Below, in pieces: positions 9,679 through 18,884 of a stretch of DNA of 64,000 bases (positions are counted from its first letter, which is position 1; each line of letters begins with the position of its first letter). The stretch is taken from assembly GCA_964635715.1 (NCBI GenBank), contig CAZWNZ010000001.1, positions 10,358-74,357 of the forward strand, in the 5' to 3' direction. The notes under the pieces were generated by a model. The model saw nothing but the letters and a program-made list of their open reading frames with translations, was not told where the DNA came from and made no database searches. Source of the stretch: an uncultured Gammaproteobacteria bacterium (GTDB taxonomy: Bacteria > Patescibacteriota > Microgenomatia > UBA8517). The translations under genes were made by a program, and so were the position numbers.

Positions 9679-9954
9679 TTATTTCTTCCCCTCTTCAAAA
9701 ACATCAATTTTATCACCGCTTTTTAAAACCACAATTCCCTTTTTAACTGCCAATTTGTTAAATTTACGTCCTCTGGCATTTCTTCCTTTTTCCGGACCAA
9801 TTTTTGCTGTTCTAACTTCAGTGACGGTAACATCAAAAATTTGAGCAATCTTGGCAGCTACCTGTTTTTTTGTCATGAAACTATCAATTTTGAACGTATA
9901 CTTACCATTCTTTGCGTCTGCTAAACTCTTTTCTGTAAAAATTGGTTTTAACAT
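9679..9954 (-). CDS. rplW: 50S ribosomal protein L23
   Basis: KPIFTEKS, KYTFKI, KKGIVVLKSG. Confidence 0.95.
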   Translation of the reverse strand: MLKPIFTEKSLADAKNGKYTFKIDSFMTKKQVAAKIAQIFDVTVTEVRTAKIGPEKGRNARGRKFNKLAVKKGIVVLKSGDKIDVFEEGKK

Positions 9955-9972
9955 ATTATTAGTCGCTAGAAA

Positions 9973-10668
9973 TTAGCCATTAGATGTCAGTTTTTTTGCC
10001 TCTTTCTTGTCTGTTTTCTTAATCAACTTCTTTTCTTTTGCCTCTTGCCCTCCACCTTTTACCTGATTTCCGAATATCTCTCCATCTACAACAATCATTC
10101 CGCCTTTGTAAATATCCAGTGCATTTGAATTCTTATAATAAACAGGTTTTGCGTTTTCTAAGTTTCTCAAATACCTGACAGCTTCTTTTGATTTTTCCGA
10201 AAGAACAAAAGTAAATTTCTTCGCTCCGGTTTCTTTCTCCAACACTTTTATCAAACTACCGGCTAATTTTGTTTTATTAAGAGACGGTATTCCTGTGACA
10301 AAAGCCATCTGTTTGTCACTGGCTTTTAAAGAAAAGGCCATAAATTTGGCTTTATTTTTAATATCGTTGGCCAGATTTAAAACTCTTTTGACAGGTCTGG
10401 GCCCTAGTGCAACCCCTCCACCGACAAACAAATTTGCCCTTCTGCTTCCGTGACGGGCTCCTCCTGTTCCTTTTTGTTTATATATCTTCTTTGTGGTTCT
10501 ATTAATTTCTGCTCTGGTTTTAGTTTTTCTAAGACCAATATGAGCCCTGTCCTCATAGACATAAATTGCCTGTGCCAAAAGGGGCATATTAACCTCCACA
10601 CTAAATTCCTTTGGCAATACCATATCTTCTGTTTTTGTTCCTTTAATCGTGTATGTTTGTATCTTCAT
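9973..10668 (-). CDS. rplD: 50S ribosomal protein L4
   Basis: TKTRAEI..KIYKQKGTGGARHGSRRA..GGGVALGP. Confidence 0.97.
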   Translation of the reverse strand: MKIQTYTIKGTKTEDMVLPKEFSVEVNMPLLAQAIYVYEDRAHIGLRKTKTRAEINRTTKKIYKQKGTGGARHGSRRANLFVGGGVALGPRPVKRVLNLANDIKNKAKFMAFSLKASDKQMAFVTGIPSLNKTKLAGSLIKVLEKETGAKKFTFVLSEKSKEAVRYLRNLENAKPVYYKNSNALDIYKGGMIVVDGEIFGNQVKGGGQEAKEKKLIKKTDKKEAKKLTSNG

Positions 10669-10674
10669 ATGATT

Positions 10675-11490
10675 TTAAGCTTGTGCTTGTTCTTCAGTTT
10701 TGGCTGCTTCCGGTTTTGACTCTTCTTTAACCTCTTGTCCTTCACCTTTTACACCCTCTTCTGCCGGAGCTTCGCCTTCAACCACCTGTGCTATCACTTC
10801 TTTTTCAAGATCTTTCAAGCTACCTGATTTAATTCTTTTAATCGTTACCATGGATCCTGTGGTGCCGGGAATTTGTCCCGAAATTTCAATTGTATTTGTT
10901 TTTTCATCGACTGAAATTATGTGCAAATTTTTGATGGTAACAGTCTCTCCACCCATTCTTCCAGCCATTTTTTTGCCTTTATAGACTCTTCCCGGTGTCG
11001 TAGTCTGCCCGATTGATCCCGGAGCACGTTCACGATCGCTTTGTCCATGGGTTCTTGGCCCACCTCTAAAGTGCCATCTTTTGACAACTCCTGCAAAACC
11101 TTTCCCCTTAGAAGTTCCTGTGACGGCAACAATGTCTCCGCGCTTTAATACTTCGGCAGCATTGACAATATCTCCAACTTTAAGAGCGGAACCTGTTACG
11201 GATTCCGGTTCTTTCTCAAGCCTAACCTCTCTAAGATATCTCGGGAATGAATTTGGAATTTGGAATTTGGAATTTGGAATTTTTTTGAGGTGTCCTTGAA
11301 GGGGTTTTGAAGTATTTTTTGCAGGCCTATCTGAAAATCCGAGCTGAATTGCCCAGTATCCGTCGCGTTCCTCTTTTTTAATTTGTGTCACGACACAAGG
11401 GCCCGCAATTACTTTTGTAACGGGAATCCTAAAACCTTGAACAAAGGTTTGTGAACATATTCCTTTCGATCCTAAAATAGTATTAATCAT
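10675..11490 (-). CDS. rplC: 50S ribosomal protein L3
   Basis: GTSKGKGFAGVVKRWHF, RAPGSIG, PGRVYKGKKMAGRMG. Confidence 0.98.
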   Translation of the reverse strand: MINTILGSKGICSQTFVQGFRIPVTKVIAGPCVVTQIKKEERDGYWAIQLGFSDRPAKNTSKPLQGHLKKIPNSKFQIPNSFPRYLREVRLEKEPESVTGSALKVGDIVNAAEVLKRGDIVAVTGTSKGKGFAGVVKRWHFRGGPRTHGQSDRERAPGSIGQTTTPGRVYKGKKMAGRMGGETVTIKNLHIISVDEKTNTIEISGQIPGTTGSMVTIKRIKSGSLKDLEKEVIAQVVEGEAPAEEGVKGEGQEVKEESKPEAAKTEEQAQA

Positions 11491-11544
11491 TTTGGTTTTG
11501 GAGCCCGTTAGATGTGAACACTATCTAATGGGCCATTAAACAAC

Positions 11545-11569
11545 AAAAAAGCGCCTTTGCCAGGCGCTT
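11545..11569 (-). terminator. Intrinsic terminator-like hairpin in the rplC leader (candidate attenuator)
   Basis: Minus strand AAGCGCCT-GGCAA-AGGCGCTT followed by a T-run, between the promoter at 11645-11673 and the rplC ATG. Confidence 0.6.
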
Positions 11570-11644
11570 CCCCTGAAGCCATCCTTTCAAAGACTCTTAA
11601 TCGTGGCTAGTGTTTATCATAACCACTATCATGTTATGAGGGGA

Positions 11645-11673
11645 ATTATATCAGAACTTCTTGAGCTCCGCAA
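11645..11673 (-). promoter_or_regulatory. Sigma70 promoter for the rplC operon
   Basis: TTGCGG-17 nt-TATAAT with extended TGn. Confidence 0.7.
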
Positions 11674-11674
11674 G

Positions 11675-12664
11675 CTAAATTGCAACAATGATGGTTGAAA
11701 TCACAATGAGAAGAACAACCGGAATTGTTTTTTTGATATTTTTATAGAATATTAGCCAAAAAATAGGCACAATTGGTGCTAAATACCTGCCTAAATTTTC
11801 CAAAAAAGGAACAAGATTGATACCAAGCGTAAAAATATAAAAAGCAGTAATAATCCAAAATTCCAAGCCACGGGATTTGAGAGCCTTCCAATATAAACAA
11901 ATATAAAAAGTAATGTAAAAAAAACCCGATAGCAAAATTCTGTACCAATGCCACCTTGCAGCTCTTATAAGATCGTAGAAAAGCTGTCCCATCCCAAAGC
12001 TAATTCTTGAAGGATGCAGCGCCTCGTAAGTAAAGAGCTGATAAAAAGGATTTTTTATTCCGAAAAAATACACGTTATAGATCACTAAAAGCACAACCGG
12101 AATCAAAAAATATGGTAGGTTAAGAACAGCCTTTTTAATTTTTTTTGTCATGATCATATAAAACACCATGCCAGCAAATATGGCTATTCCTGCAATTCTG
12201 AAAGTAACCGAGATACCCAAGACCAGAAACGCCCAACGAAATAAATCTTTTTTATAGAAATAAATTGCAAGAAGCATCAAAAATACAAAAGGCATCTCGG
12301 TATCAATTAGGGAAGACAAATTGAGTAATATCGGTGGAAAAATTAGTGGCAAAAAACTATATTTTGAACCCGTTAATTTATAGAGCAAAACATAGGATCC
12401 GATTAAAGACAATATTACAACTACATAACCTGCCAGAAATGAATTTCCTGTTATAAAATGAAGCAAATAAATGACAATTGGAAGCCCGGGCAAAAGGCGC
12501 GATTCAAAAAATGAAATTTTTCCAACATTTAAAGGAAGTGTCTCCGAATAACCAACATAGTTATCTTGCTGAACAATCCCATTATTAAATCTAATAAATG
12601 CCAAAAACACCGATATTATTACGCAAAGAATAAACAATTTATGTTTGTATATTTTTGTAAGCAT
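11675..12664 (-). CDS. Polytopic membrane GT-C-type glycosyltransferase-like protein
   Basis: Many TM helices; RLLPGLP, DTEMPF, FRIAGI, GRYLAPI motifs typical of PMT-like/GT-C proteins. Confidence 0.6.
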   Translation of the reverse strand: MLTKIYKHKLFILCVIISVFLAFIRFNNGIVQQDNYVGYSETLPLNVGKISFFESRLLPGLPIVIYLLHFITGNSFLAGYVVVILSLIGSYVLLYKLTGSKYSFLPLIFPPILLNLSSLIDTEMPFVFLMLLAIYFYKKDLFRWAFLVLGISVTFRIAGIAIFAGMVFYMIMTKKIKKAVLNLPYFLIPVVLLVIYNVYFFGIKNPFYQLFTYEALHPSRISFGMGQLFYDLIRAARWHWYRILLSGFFYITFYICLYWKALKSRGLEFWIITAFYIFTLGINLVPFLENLGRYLAPIVPIFWLIFYKNIKKTIPVVLLIVISTIIVAI

Positions 12665-12690
12665 TCGGAAGTATTATACTCTGAAACAAC

Positions 12691-13566
12691 ATGATACTTG
12701 TCACCGGTTCTTCTGGATTTATCGGCAGTAAACTTTTACCCCTTATTAGAAAGAAATATCCAAAAGAAGTTGTTACGGTTTTGAACAAAAATAATTGCAA
12801 TTTAGTAACCGGTCGGGGGCTATCGAAGCTTTCGGGAAAACCAAAAATAGTCTTTCATCTTGCTGCAACAACTGACACATCCAAAAGAGATCAGAGATGT
12901 AACGATATTGGAACCAAAAACCTTTTGAAGGCACTTCCAAGCCTCGGTCCAAAAACGCATTTTATATATACAAGCTCTCAAGTTGTATATTCGGGGAGAA
13001 GCGACACCGGAAAATTAATCACTTCAAAAACAGCTACTGCCACGAATAACAAGTACGGCAAAACTAAACTCATGGCAGAAAAAATTCTTCTTAGGGCCGC
13101 TAAAGAAAAAGGATTCAAACTGACGATAATAAGACTTCCAACTGTTTGGGGAGAAAATCCCAGAAAAAATGCTTTTTTGAATTTTTTGAGAAAACTTACT
13201 AAAAAGAATTCTATATTTTCAAGATTTGACTGGCCGGGCAAAGTTGCTCTTGTCTATGTTGAGGACGCAGTAAAATATATACTTAAGGCGGGGGAAATGC
13301 ATCCACAAACCATTTCTATAGCCGTAGAAAATCTAACTCTTGCCCAAATTTTTGAAAAAAATTACATAAATCAAGGTAAAATTTATAAGCAAATTAAGGT
13401 TCCGAACTTTGTTTGGAGCTTAGCTAGATTCTTAAGACCGTATTTAAAATATTTTGAATTTATTCTTCCAACAAGTCTTTTTAATTATCTTTGGAGAACA
13501 TCAATAATTGTGGATAGTCCCCTTGCCTGCAAGGTAAACATAAAAGGTAAAAAATTTGCCGGATAA
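12691..13566 (+). CDS. NAD-dependent epimerase/dehydratase (extended SDR)
   Basis: ILVTGSSGFIG, VFHLAA, YTSS, YGKTK (YxxxK). Confidence 0.9.
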   Translation: MILVTGSSGFIGSKLLPLIRKKYPKEVVTVLNKNNCNLVTGRGLSKLSGKPKIVFHLAATTDTSKRDQRCNDIGTKNLLKALPSLGPKTHFIYTSSQVVYSGRSDTGKLITSKTATATNNKYGKTKLMAEKILLRAAKEKGFKLTIIRLPTVWGENPRKNAFLNFLRKLTKKNSIFSRFDWPGKVALVYVEDAVKYILKAGEMHPQTISIAVENLTLAQIFEKNYINQGKIYKQIKVPNFVWSLARFLRPYLKYFEFILPTSLFNYLWRTSIIVDSPLACKVNIKGKKFAG

Positions 13567-13605
13567 TTGGTTACGGCTACCAGGAATGGGTTTTGCACCC
13601 ATTGG

Positions 13606-13958
13606 ATTGTTAAAATGTTTTATTGTTAAATGGTTGTATGGGTAAATATCTGAAACTAAATGATATTAGCTCCTACAAAAAGGCGTTTACTTTATCAAAT
13701 TATGTATGGAATATTGTAGACAAATGGAATTTCCTAGCAAAAAAGATAAGATTAACTTTTATCGTATGAGTAGGGGTTCAACTTTGGAATGTCTTGACTG
13801 GACTCAAAAGGCATATGTTAGGAAACTGATTACCAAATCTGAATATAAAAACATCATGTCAGATTTAAAAAGCATGCCCCTAGAAATTAATCAACTAATT
13901 AAATTCACGAATTTGAAGCTAAAAGAATAGCAATTTGACAATTTAACAATACAACAAT
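13606..13958. repeat. Inverted 8-mer tandem arrays flanking the four-helix-bundle gene
   Basis: Left 13606-13637: ATTGTTAA AATGTTTT ATTGTTAA ATGGTTGT. Right 13927-13958: ATAGCAAT TTGACAAT TTAACAAT ACAACAAT. Confidence 0.75.
13638..13930 (+). pseudogene. Four-helix-bundle (23S rRNA IVP-like) gene with internal deletion/frameshift
   Basis: MGKYLKLNDISSYKKAFTLSNYVWNIVDKWNFLAK, then a frame change in an A-run to KDKINFYRMSRGSTLECLDW..; the central 'Q..RA..SI.ANIAEG' segment is missing. Confidence 0.75.
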
Positions 13959-13965
13959 TGAGATC

Positions 13966-14274
13966 TTACATCTTAATCTCAATGGAGACACCTGCCGGGA
14001 GGTCCATGTTTCCAAGAGAATCCACCGTACGGGGAGAGGGATCGATAATATCAATTAAACGTTTGTGAACTAAAATTTCAAAGTGTTCTTGGGCATCTTT
14101 GTCCGTAAAAGGAGACTCTTTAACAGCCATCATGGATCTTTTTGTGGGGAGAGGAATGGGGCCGATTATTTTTGCACCAGTGGCTAGAGCGGTATCAACA
14201 ATTTTTGCTGCCGCCTCATCTACTACTCTATGATCGTAGCTTTTGAGCTTTACTCTAAGTCTTGAGCTTGCCAT
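13966..14274 (-). CDS. rpsJ: 30S ribosomal protein S10
   Basis: RVKLKSYDHR, GPIPLPT, HKRLIDI. Confidence 0.98.
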   Translation of the reverse strand: MASSRLRVKLKSYDHRVVDEAAAKIVDTALATGAKIIGPIPLPTKRSMMAVKESPFTDKDAQEHFEILVHKRLIDIIDPSPRTVDSLGNMDLPAGVSIEIKM

Positions 14275-14310
14275 TTCTGGTTAAAGTGCTGTTGTCGCCA
14301 TCTGGCGTCC

Positions 14311-15504
14311 TTATTTAATAATTTTCGTAATGACTCCATCACCTACGGTGTGGCCGCCTTCACGAATTGCAAATCTAAATCCTTCCTCTATTGCGACCGG
14401 TTGAATAAGCTTCACGGTCATTTTGGCATTGTCTCCAGGCATGACCATTTCAATTCCTTCCGGAAGTGTGGCTTCACCTGTAATGTCAGCTGTCTTGATG
14501 TAGAACTGTGGCTTGTAGCCTGTAAAGAACGGTGTGTGGCGTCCACCTTCCTCTTTGCTCAAGATATAAACTTCTGCTTCAAAATCTGTGTGGGGGGTAA
14601 GAGAACCCGGCTTGGCCAAAACCTGTCCACGCTCTACCTGGCTCTTCTCAATTCCACGAAGTAGAACTCCTACGTTATCACCCGCCTGAGCCTCATCAAG
14701 AGTCTTTCTAAACATTTCAAGTCCTGTAACAATAGACTTTTGAGTTTCCTTAAGACCAACAATTTCAATTTCTTCGTTAACTTTAATTATTCCACGATCA
14801 ACTCTTCCGGTCACAACTGTACCACGACCTTGAATCGTAAAAACATCTTCAACAGCCATCAAGAAAGGTTTGTCTGTTTCACGAACCGGATCCGGAATAT
14901 AGGTATCAACTGCATTCATTAGCTCTTCAATTTTCTTTTCTGCTTCTGCATCACCTTCTATTGCCTTAAGGGCTGATCCTCTGATAACCGGAACTTCATC
15001 ACCCGGATAACCGTATTTCTTAAGAAGTTCACGCACATCAGCTTCAACTAAATCAATAAGTTCAGGGTCAGTTACCATGTCACATTTATTTAAGAAGACC
15101 ACAATTGCCGGAACATTAACCTGTTTAGCCAAAATAACGTGTTCACGAGTTTGAGGCATTGGGCCGTCTGCCGCAGACACAACCAAAATTGCTCCATCCA
15201 TCTGAGCTGCACCGGTGATCATGTTCTTGATGTAATCGGCATGACCTGGAGCATCTATATGAGCATAATGCCTTTTTTCTGTTTCGTACTCCTGATGTGA
15301 AAGATTAATTGTAACTCCACGCTCTTTCTCTTCGGGAGCTGAGTCAATATCTTCATATTTTTTTGCTGCGGCTAAACCTTTCTTGGACAAAACCATCGTG
15401 ATAGCGCTGGTGAGGGTGGTTTTACCATGATCGACATGACCAATGGTACCAATGTTCACATGGGGTTTGCTTCTTTCAAAGTGTTGTTTTGCTTCTCCTG
15501 CCAT
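14311..15504 (-). CDS. tuf: Elongation factor Tu
   Basis: [29 protein letters not shown]. Confidence 0.99.
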   Translation of the reverse strand: MAGEAKQHFERSKPHVNIGTIGHVDHGKTTLTSAITMVLSKKGLAAAKKYEDIDSAPEEKERGVTINLSHQEYETEKRHYAHIDAPGHADYIKNMITGAAQMDGAILVVSAADGPMPQTREHVILAKQVNVPAIVVFLNKCDMVTDPELIDLVEADVRELLKKYGYPGDEVPVIRGSALKAIEGDAEAEKKIEELMNAVDTYIPDPVRETDKPFLMAVEDVFTIQGRGTVVTGRVDRGIIKVNEEIEIVGLKETQKSIVTGLEMFRKTLDEAQAGDNVGVLLRGIEKSQVERGQVLAKPGSLTPHTDFEAEVYILSKEEGGRHTPFFTGYKPQFYIKTADITGEATLPEGIEMVMPGDNAKMTVKLIQPVAIEEGFRFAIREGGHTVGDGVITKIIK

Positions 15505-15568
15505 AGGTATATATTGTATTACTTACTTTTCTAACTTACAAGAGTTAATTTCTCTTGCCCAAGATTGA

Positions 15569-15598
15569 ATTATACTCGAGGCTAAATAGGCATGTCAA
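15569..15598 (-). promoter_or_regulatory. Sigma70 promoter for tuf
   Basis: TTGACA-18 nt-TATAAT in the fusA-tuf intergenic region. Confidence 0.75.
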
Positions 15599-15639
15599 GA
15601 ACTAATAATGTCTAACAATTTTGATTATAAGTTCGTAGA

Positions 15640-17808
15640 TTACCCTCTTGGCATTTCAACCTTACCGCTTTTTGCCACAACTTGGGCCGTAATGTGGCTG
15701 GGAACTATATCATAATGCGATGGTTCGACATAAGCCCTGGCTCTACCTTGAGTTAAGGACCTAAGCTTGGTGGCATATCCTGAAAGTTCGGCTAAAGGTG
15801 CCTGGGCATAAATTACAGTCTCGCCTGCTTTCTCTTCTGAGCCGGAAACCTGCGCACGTTTACTGGAAAGGTCTCCTATTACATCTCCCATATATTCACC
15901 GGGTGTAAAGACCTCAACTTTCATAATAGGTTCAAGAAGGGTCGGGTTACTGTGTTTAAATGCATCCTCAAGAGCCATTGACCCTGCAATTTTGAAAGCC
16001 ATTTCAGAAGAATCAACCTCATGGTAACTTCCGTCATAAACAACAACCCTCATGTCAACCATCGGGAATCCTGCCATAACTCCGTTCTCCATTTTTTCAA
16101 CAATCCCTTTCTCAATAGCCGGAACATATTCTGACGGAATAGCCCCACCTTTGATTTCGCTTTTGAATTCAAATCCCTCACCGCGTCCGAGAGGCTCAAG
16201 TCTAAGCAAACAGTGTCCATATTGCCCGCGACCACCTGTCTGCCTGATGTATTTTCCCTCACCTTGTCCGATCTTACCAATAGTCTCTTTATAGGCAACC
16301 TGGGGTGCACCTGTACTGGCAATAACATTAAATTCTCTTTTCATACGATCTACCAGTACTTCAAGCTGAAGTTCTCCCATACCGCTAATAATGGTTTGTC
16401 CGGTTTCGGGGTTGCTTTTGATCCTAAACGTCGGATCCTCATCCGAAAGTTTATTTAAAGCTATTCCCATTTTTTCCTGATCAATCTTAGTGGCAGGTTC
16501 AATCGCCAAAGAAATAACAGGTTCCGGGAAATTAATTGATTCAAGAATAATCGGATGAGTAGAATCACAAATCGTATCACCGGTTGAAGTGTCTTTTGTT
16601 CCCACAACTGCTACAATTTCACCGGCAAATGCTTCTTCAATAAGTTCTCTTTGGTCTGCATGAAGCAAAACCAGCTTGCCGATTCTCTCGTTTTTTTGAT
16701 TTGAAGTGTTGTAAACCTCTTGTCCGGTTTTAATTGATCCTGAATAAACTCTGACATAAACCAAACGTCCGACGTGAGGATCTGTCATTACTTTAAAAGC
16801 AAGGGCACTCATCGGAGCTTCGTTTTTCCTGTCACGCGTTTCCTCAGTGCCCGTCTTTGGGTTAGTACCGACAACGGGAGGCAAGTCGGTAGGAGACGGC
16901 AAATATTCGACTACACCATTCAAAAGAAGCTGGCTTTCAGCCGTACGATTATCACCGCCAAACACCGGGAAGAATTTTCCGGTTATAACTCCTTTTCTAA
17001 TCGCTCTTTTAATAACTGACTCATCCGGTTCTTTTCCTTCAAGGTATAGATTCAGGGCTTCATCATCAAACTCGGAGACTTTCTCTATTAGCTCGGTTCT
17101 GTATTTCTTAGCCATATCAACTAAATCTGCCGGAATTTCCTCTTCGACCAAATCATGATCTTCTACCGCTTTGTACGTAAAAGCCTTCATTTTTATAAGA
17201 TCTACCACTCCCCTATGTTCATGCTCGAGTCCGATTGGAATTATGATCGGTGAAGCATTGGCTTTGAGTCTTTCACGAATTGACTTGATTGCAGATTCGA
17301 AATCTGCACCAATTAAATTTAACTTATTAAGAACACAAATTCTCGGAACATTGTATTTGTCAGCCTGTCTCCAAACCGTTTCGGATTGACTTTCAACTCC
17401 AGTTCTGCCGTCAAAGACCATAACAGCTCCATCCAAAACTCTCAAAGATCGCTCAACCTCTGCTGTAAAGTCGATGTGGCCGGGGGTGTCGATAATATTA
17501 ATTCTGTAATGCCCGGCCTCAACTGAAGTACTTTCTTTAATATCCCAAAAAGCAGTGATAGCAGCCGAAACAATTGTTATTCCACGTTCCCGCTCTTGAG
17601 CCATCCAATCCGTAACAGTTGTTCCTTCATCAACTGAACCCAATTTATAAGTGCGCCCTGTTTCAAAAAGAAGACGTTCTGTAGTTGTAGTTTTGCCGGC
17701 ATCGATATGGGCAATAATTCCAATGTTTCTAATTTTTTCATAGGAAACATTGCGATCTTTTGTCGCAGTAATTACTATACTAGCCTTTTTCTTTGCTACT
17801 TCTGCCAT
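15640..17808 (-). CDS. fusA: Elongation factor G
   Basis: AHIDAGKTT, QERERGITI, DTPGHIDF, GMGELQLE, YHEVDSSE. Confidence 0.99.
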   Translation of the reverse strand: MAEVAKKKASIVITATKDRNVSYEKIRNIGIIAHIDAGKTTTTERLLFETGRTYKLGSVDEGTTVTDWMAQERERGITIVSAAITAFWDIKESTSVEAGHYRINIIDTPGHIDFTAEVERSLRVLDGAVMVFDGRTGVESQSETVWRQADKYNVPRICVLNKLNLIGADFESAIKSIRERLKANASPIIIPIGLEHEHRGVVDLIKMKAFTYKAVEDHDLVEEEIPADLVDMAKKYRTELIEKVSEFDDEALNLYLEGKEPDESVIKRAIRKGVITGKFFPVFGGDNRTAESQLLLNGVVEYLPSPTDLPPVVGTNPKTGTEETRDRKNEAPMSALAFKVMTDPHVGRLVYVRVYSGSIKTGQEVYNTSNQKNERIGKLVLLHADQRELIEEAFAGEIVAVVGTKDTSTGDTICDSTHPIILESINFPEPVISLAIEPATKIDQEKMGIALNKLSDEDPTFRIKSNPETGQTIISGMGELQLEVLVDRMKREFNVIASTGAPQVAYKETIGKIGQGEGKYIRQTGGRGQYGHCLLRLEPLGRGEGFEFKSEIKGGAIPSEYVPAIEKGIVEKMENGVMAGFPMVDMRVVVYDGSYHEVDSSEMAFKIAGSMALEDAFKHSNPTLLEPIMKVEVFTPGEYMGDVIGDLSSKRAQVSGSEEKAGETVIYAQAPLAELSGYATKLRSLTQGRARAYVEPSHYDIVPSHITAQVVAKSGKVEMPRG

Positions 17809-17896
17809 ATCAGTTTGAATCTAGAATCTTGAATGTGGAATCTAGAGGACAAGAGTGATTTTAACAGGAGATTGAATCTAAATCAATAACAGATGA

Positions 17897-18231
17897 TTAA
17901 AATTTTCTATTTACTAGATGCCTATCTGTGTAAATAAGAACGTTTTGACCTTTGAAATTTAGATTATCTCTCTTTACTTTGAAACCTTGATTTTTTGCAT
18001 AATCAATTAGTGATTCTAACCAATTTACATTTGGTTTTTTAACTAAGGGTTCATCAATTACACAACAGGGTCAACCACGGTTACATCCCAGCCGTTTATA
18101 TTTAACAAAAGTGAAAGCAATCCTTTTCCACCACCAACATCTAAGGCTTTGGTGGGTTTGTATTTTTGGCTAAGCCACATCTGTAAAAGCTGAAAACGAA
18201 ACTTGTTGTTCAATCTTCGTTTTGTATTCAT
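17897..18231 (-). pseudogene. SAM-dependent methyltransferase with internal deletion
   Basis: MNTKRR..ALDVGGGKGLLS..VTVVDP; continues in another frame as PCCVIDEPLVKKPNVNW..NRKF*. Confidence 0.7.
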
Positions 18232-18288
18232 TAATCGGATTATACATTTTTTTAAATAATGAATTATATTATCTATTTTAATATTAAT

Positions 18289-18316
18289 TAGTTCGATGGT
18301 TCGAACTATGGTACTA
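18289..18316. repeat. Upstream copy of cassette-2 palindromic direct repeat (putative operator/promoter)
   Basis: TAGTTCGATGGTTCGAACTATGGTACTA; 26/28 identical to 18765-18792; the variant bases create TG-G-TACTAT 6 nt before the ATG. Confidence 0.9.
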
Positions 18317-18323
18317 TAAATAT

Positions 18324-18767
18324 ATGACACAAGTTTCTAGACATTTTATGAATCCTGATATTGAAAAGCGAGTTTATGAGGTATTTATAGAATCTGTTAA
18401 AAACACCAGAAATTCAAATGAAGTAATTGATTTTTTAAATGACTTACTTTCCCCTGTCGAAAAAATTATGATGGCAAAAAGAGTGGCCGTCGCATTTCTT
18501 TTACTTCAGGATAAATATACCTATGACCAAATTTCCAAAACCGTAAAGGTTAGTAGGGGTACAATTGCAAAAATTCATACCACTTTTGCTCTACAAGGAA
18601 AGGGGTATAGAAAAATTCTGGGAGATATTCTTAAAAGGAAAGTTGCGAAAATTGCATTATCGGAACTATTAGACGCGATAACTCTTCTTCCTCCAAAAGG
18701 TGCAAATCTTGGAGAATGGAAAAAGATGAAACGAAATGACAAATTAAAGAGAGAAAGTCCAATATAG
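18324..18767 (+). CDS. TrpR/YerC-YecD-like HTH protein (cassette 2)
   Basis: MTQVSRH..FLNDLLSPVEKIMMAKRVAVAFLL..YTYDQISKTVKVSRGTIAK. Confidence 0.85.
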   Translation: MTQVSRHFMNPDIEKRVYEVFIESVKNTRNSNEVIDFLNDLLSPVEKIMMAKRVAVAFLLLQDKYTYDQISKTVKVSRGTIAKIHTTFALQGKGYRKILGDILKRKVAKIALSELLDAITLLPPKGANLGEWKKMKRNDKLKRESPI

Positions 18768-18792
18768 TTCGATGGTTCGAACTATCGAACTA
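18765..18792. repeat. Downstream copy of cassette-2 palindromic direct repeat
   Basis: TAGTTCGATGGTTCGAACTATCGAACTA, a near-perfect palindrome; its first TAG is the gene's stop codon. Confidence 0.9.
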
Positions 18793-18884
18793 CTTCGTGA
18801 GATAATCAACGATTAGATTAATTTAGTCTAATAAAAGAAACTATTAAGAAAATTACTTGAAGTCAATAGCAAAAAATGCCGATT

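Noticed and set aside
18289-18792. Cassettes as classical IS elements with target-site duplications
   Set aside because: No DDE, HUH, serine or tyrosine recombinase motif in the 135-149 aa proteins; the repeats are long, palindromic and promoter-bearing
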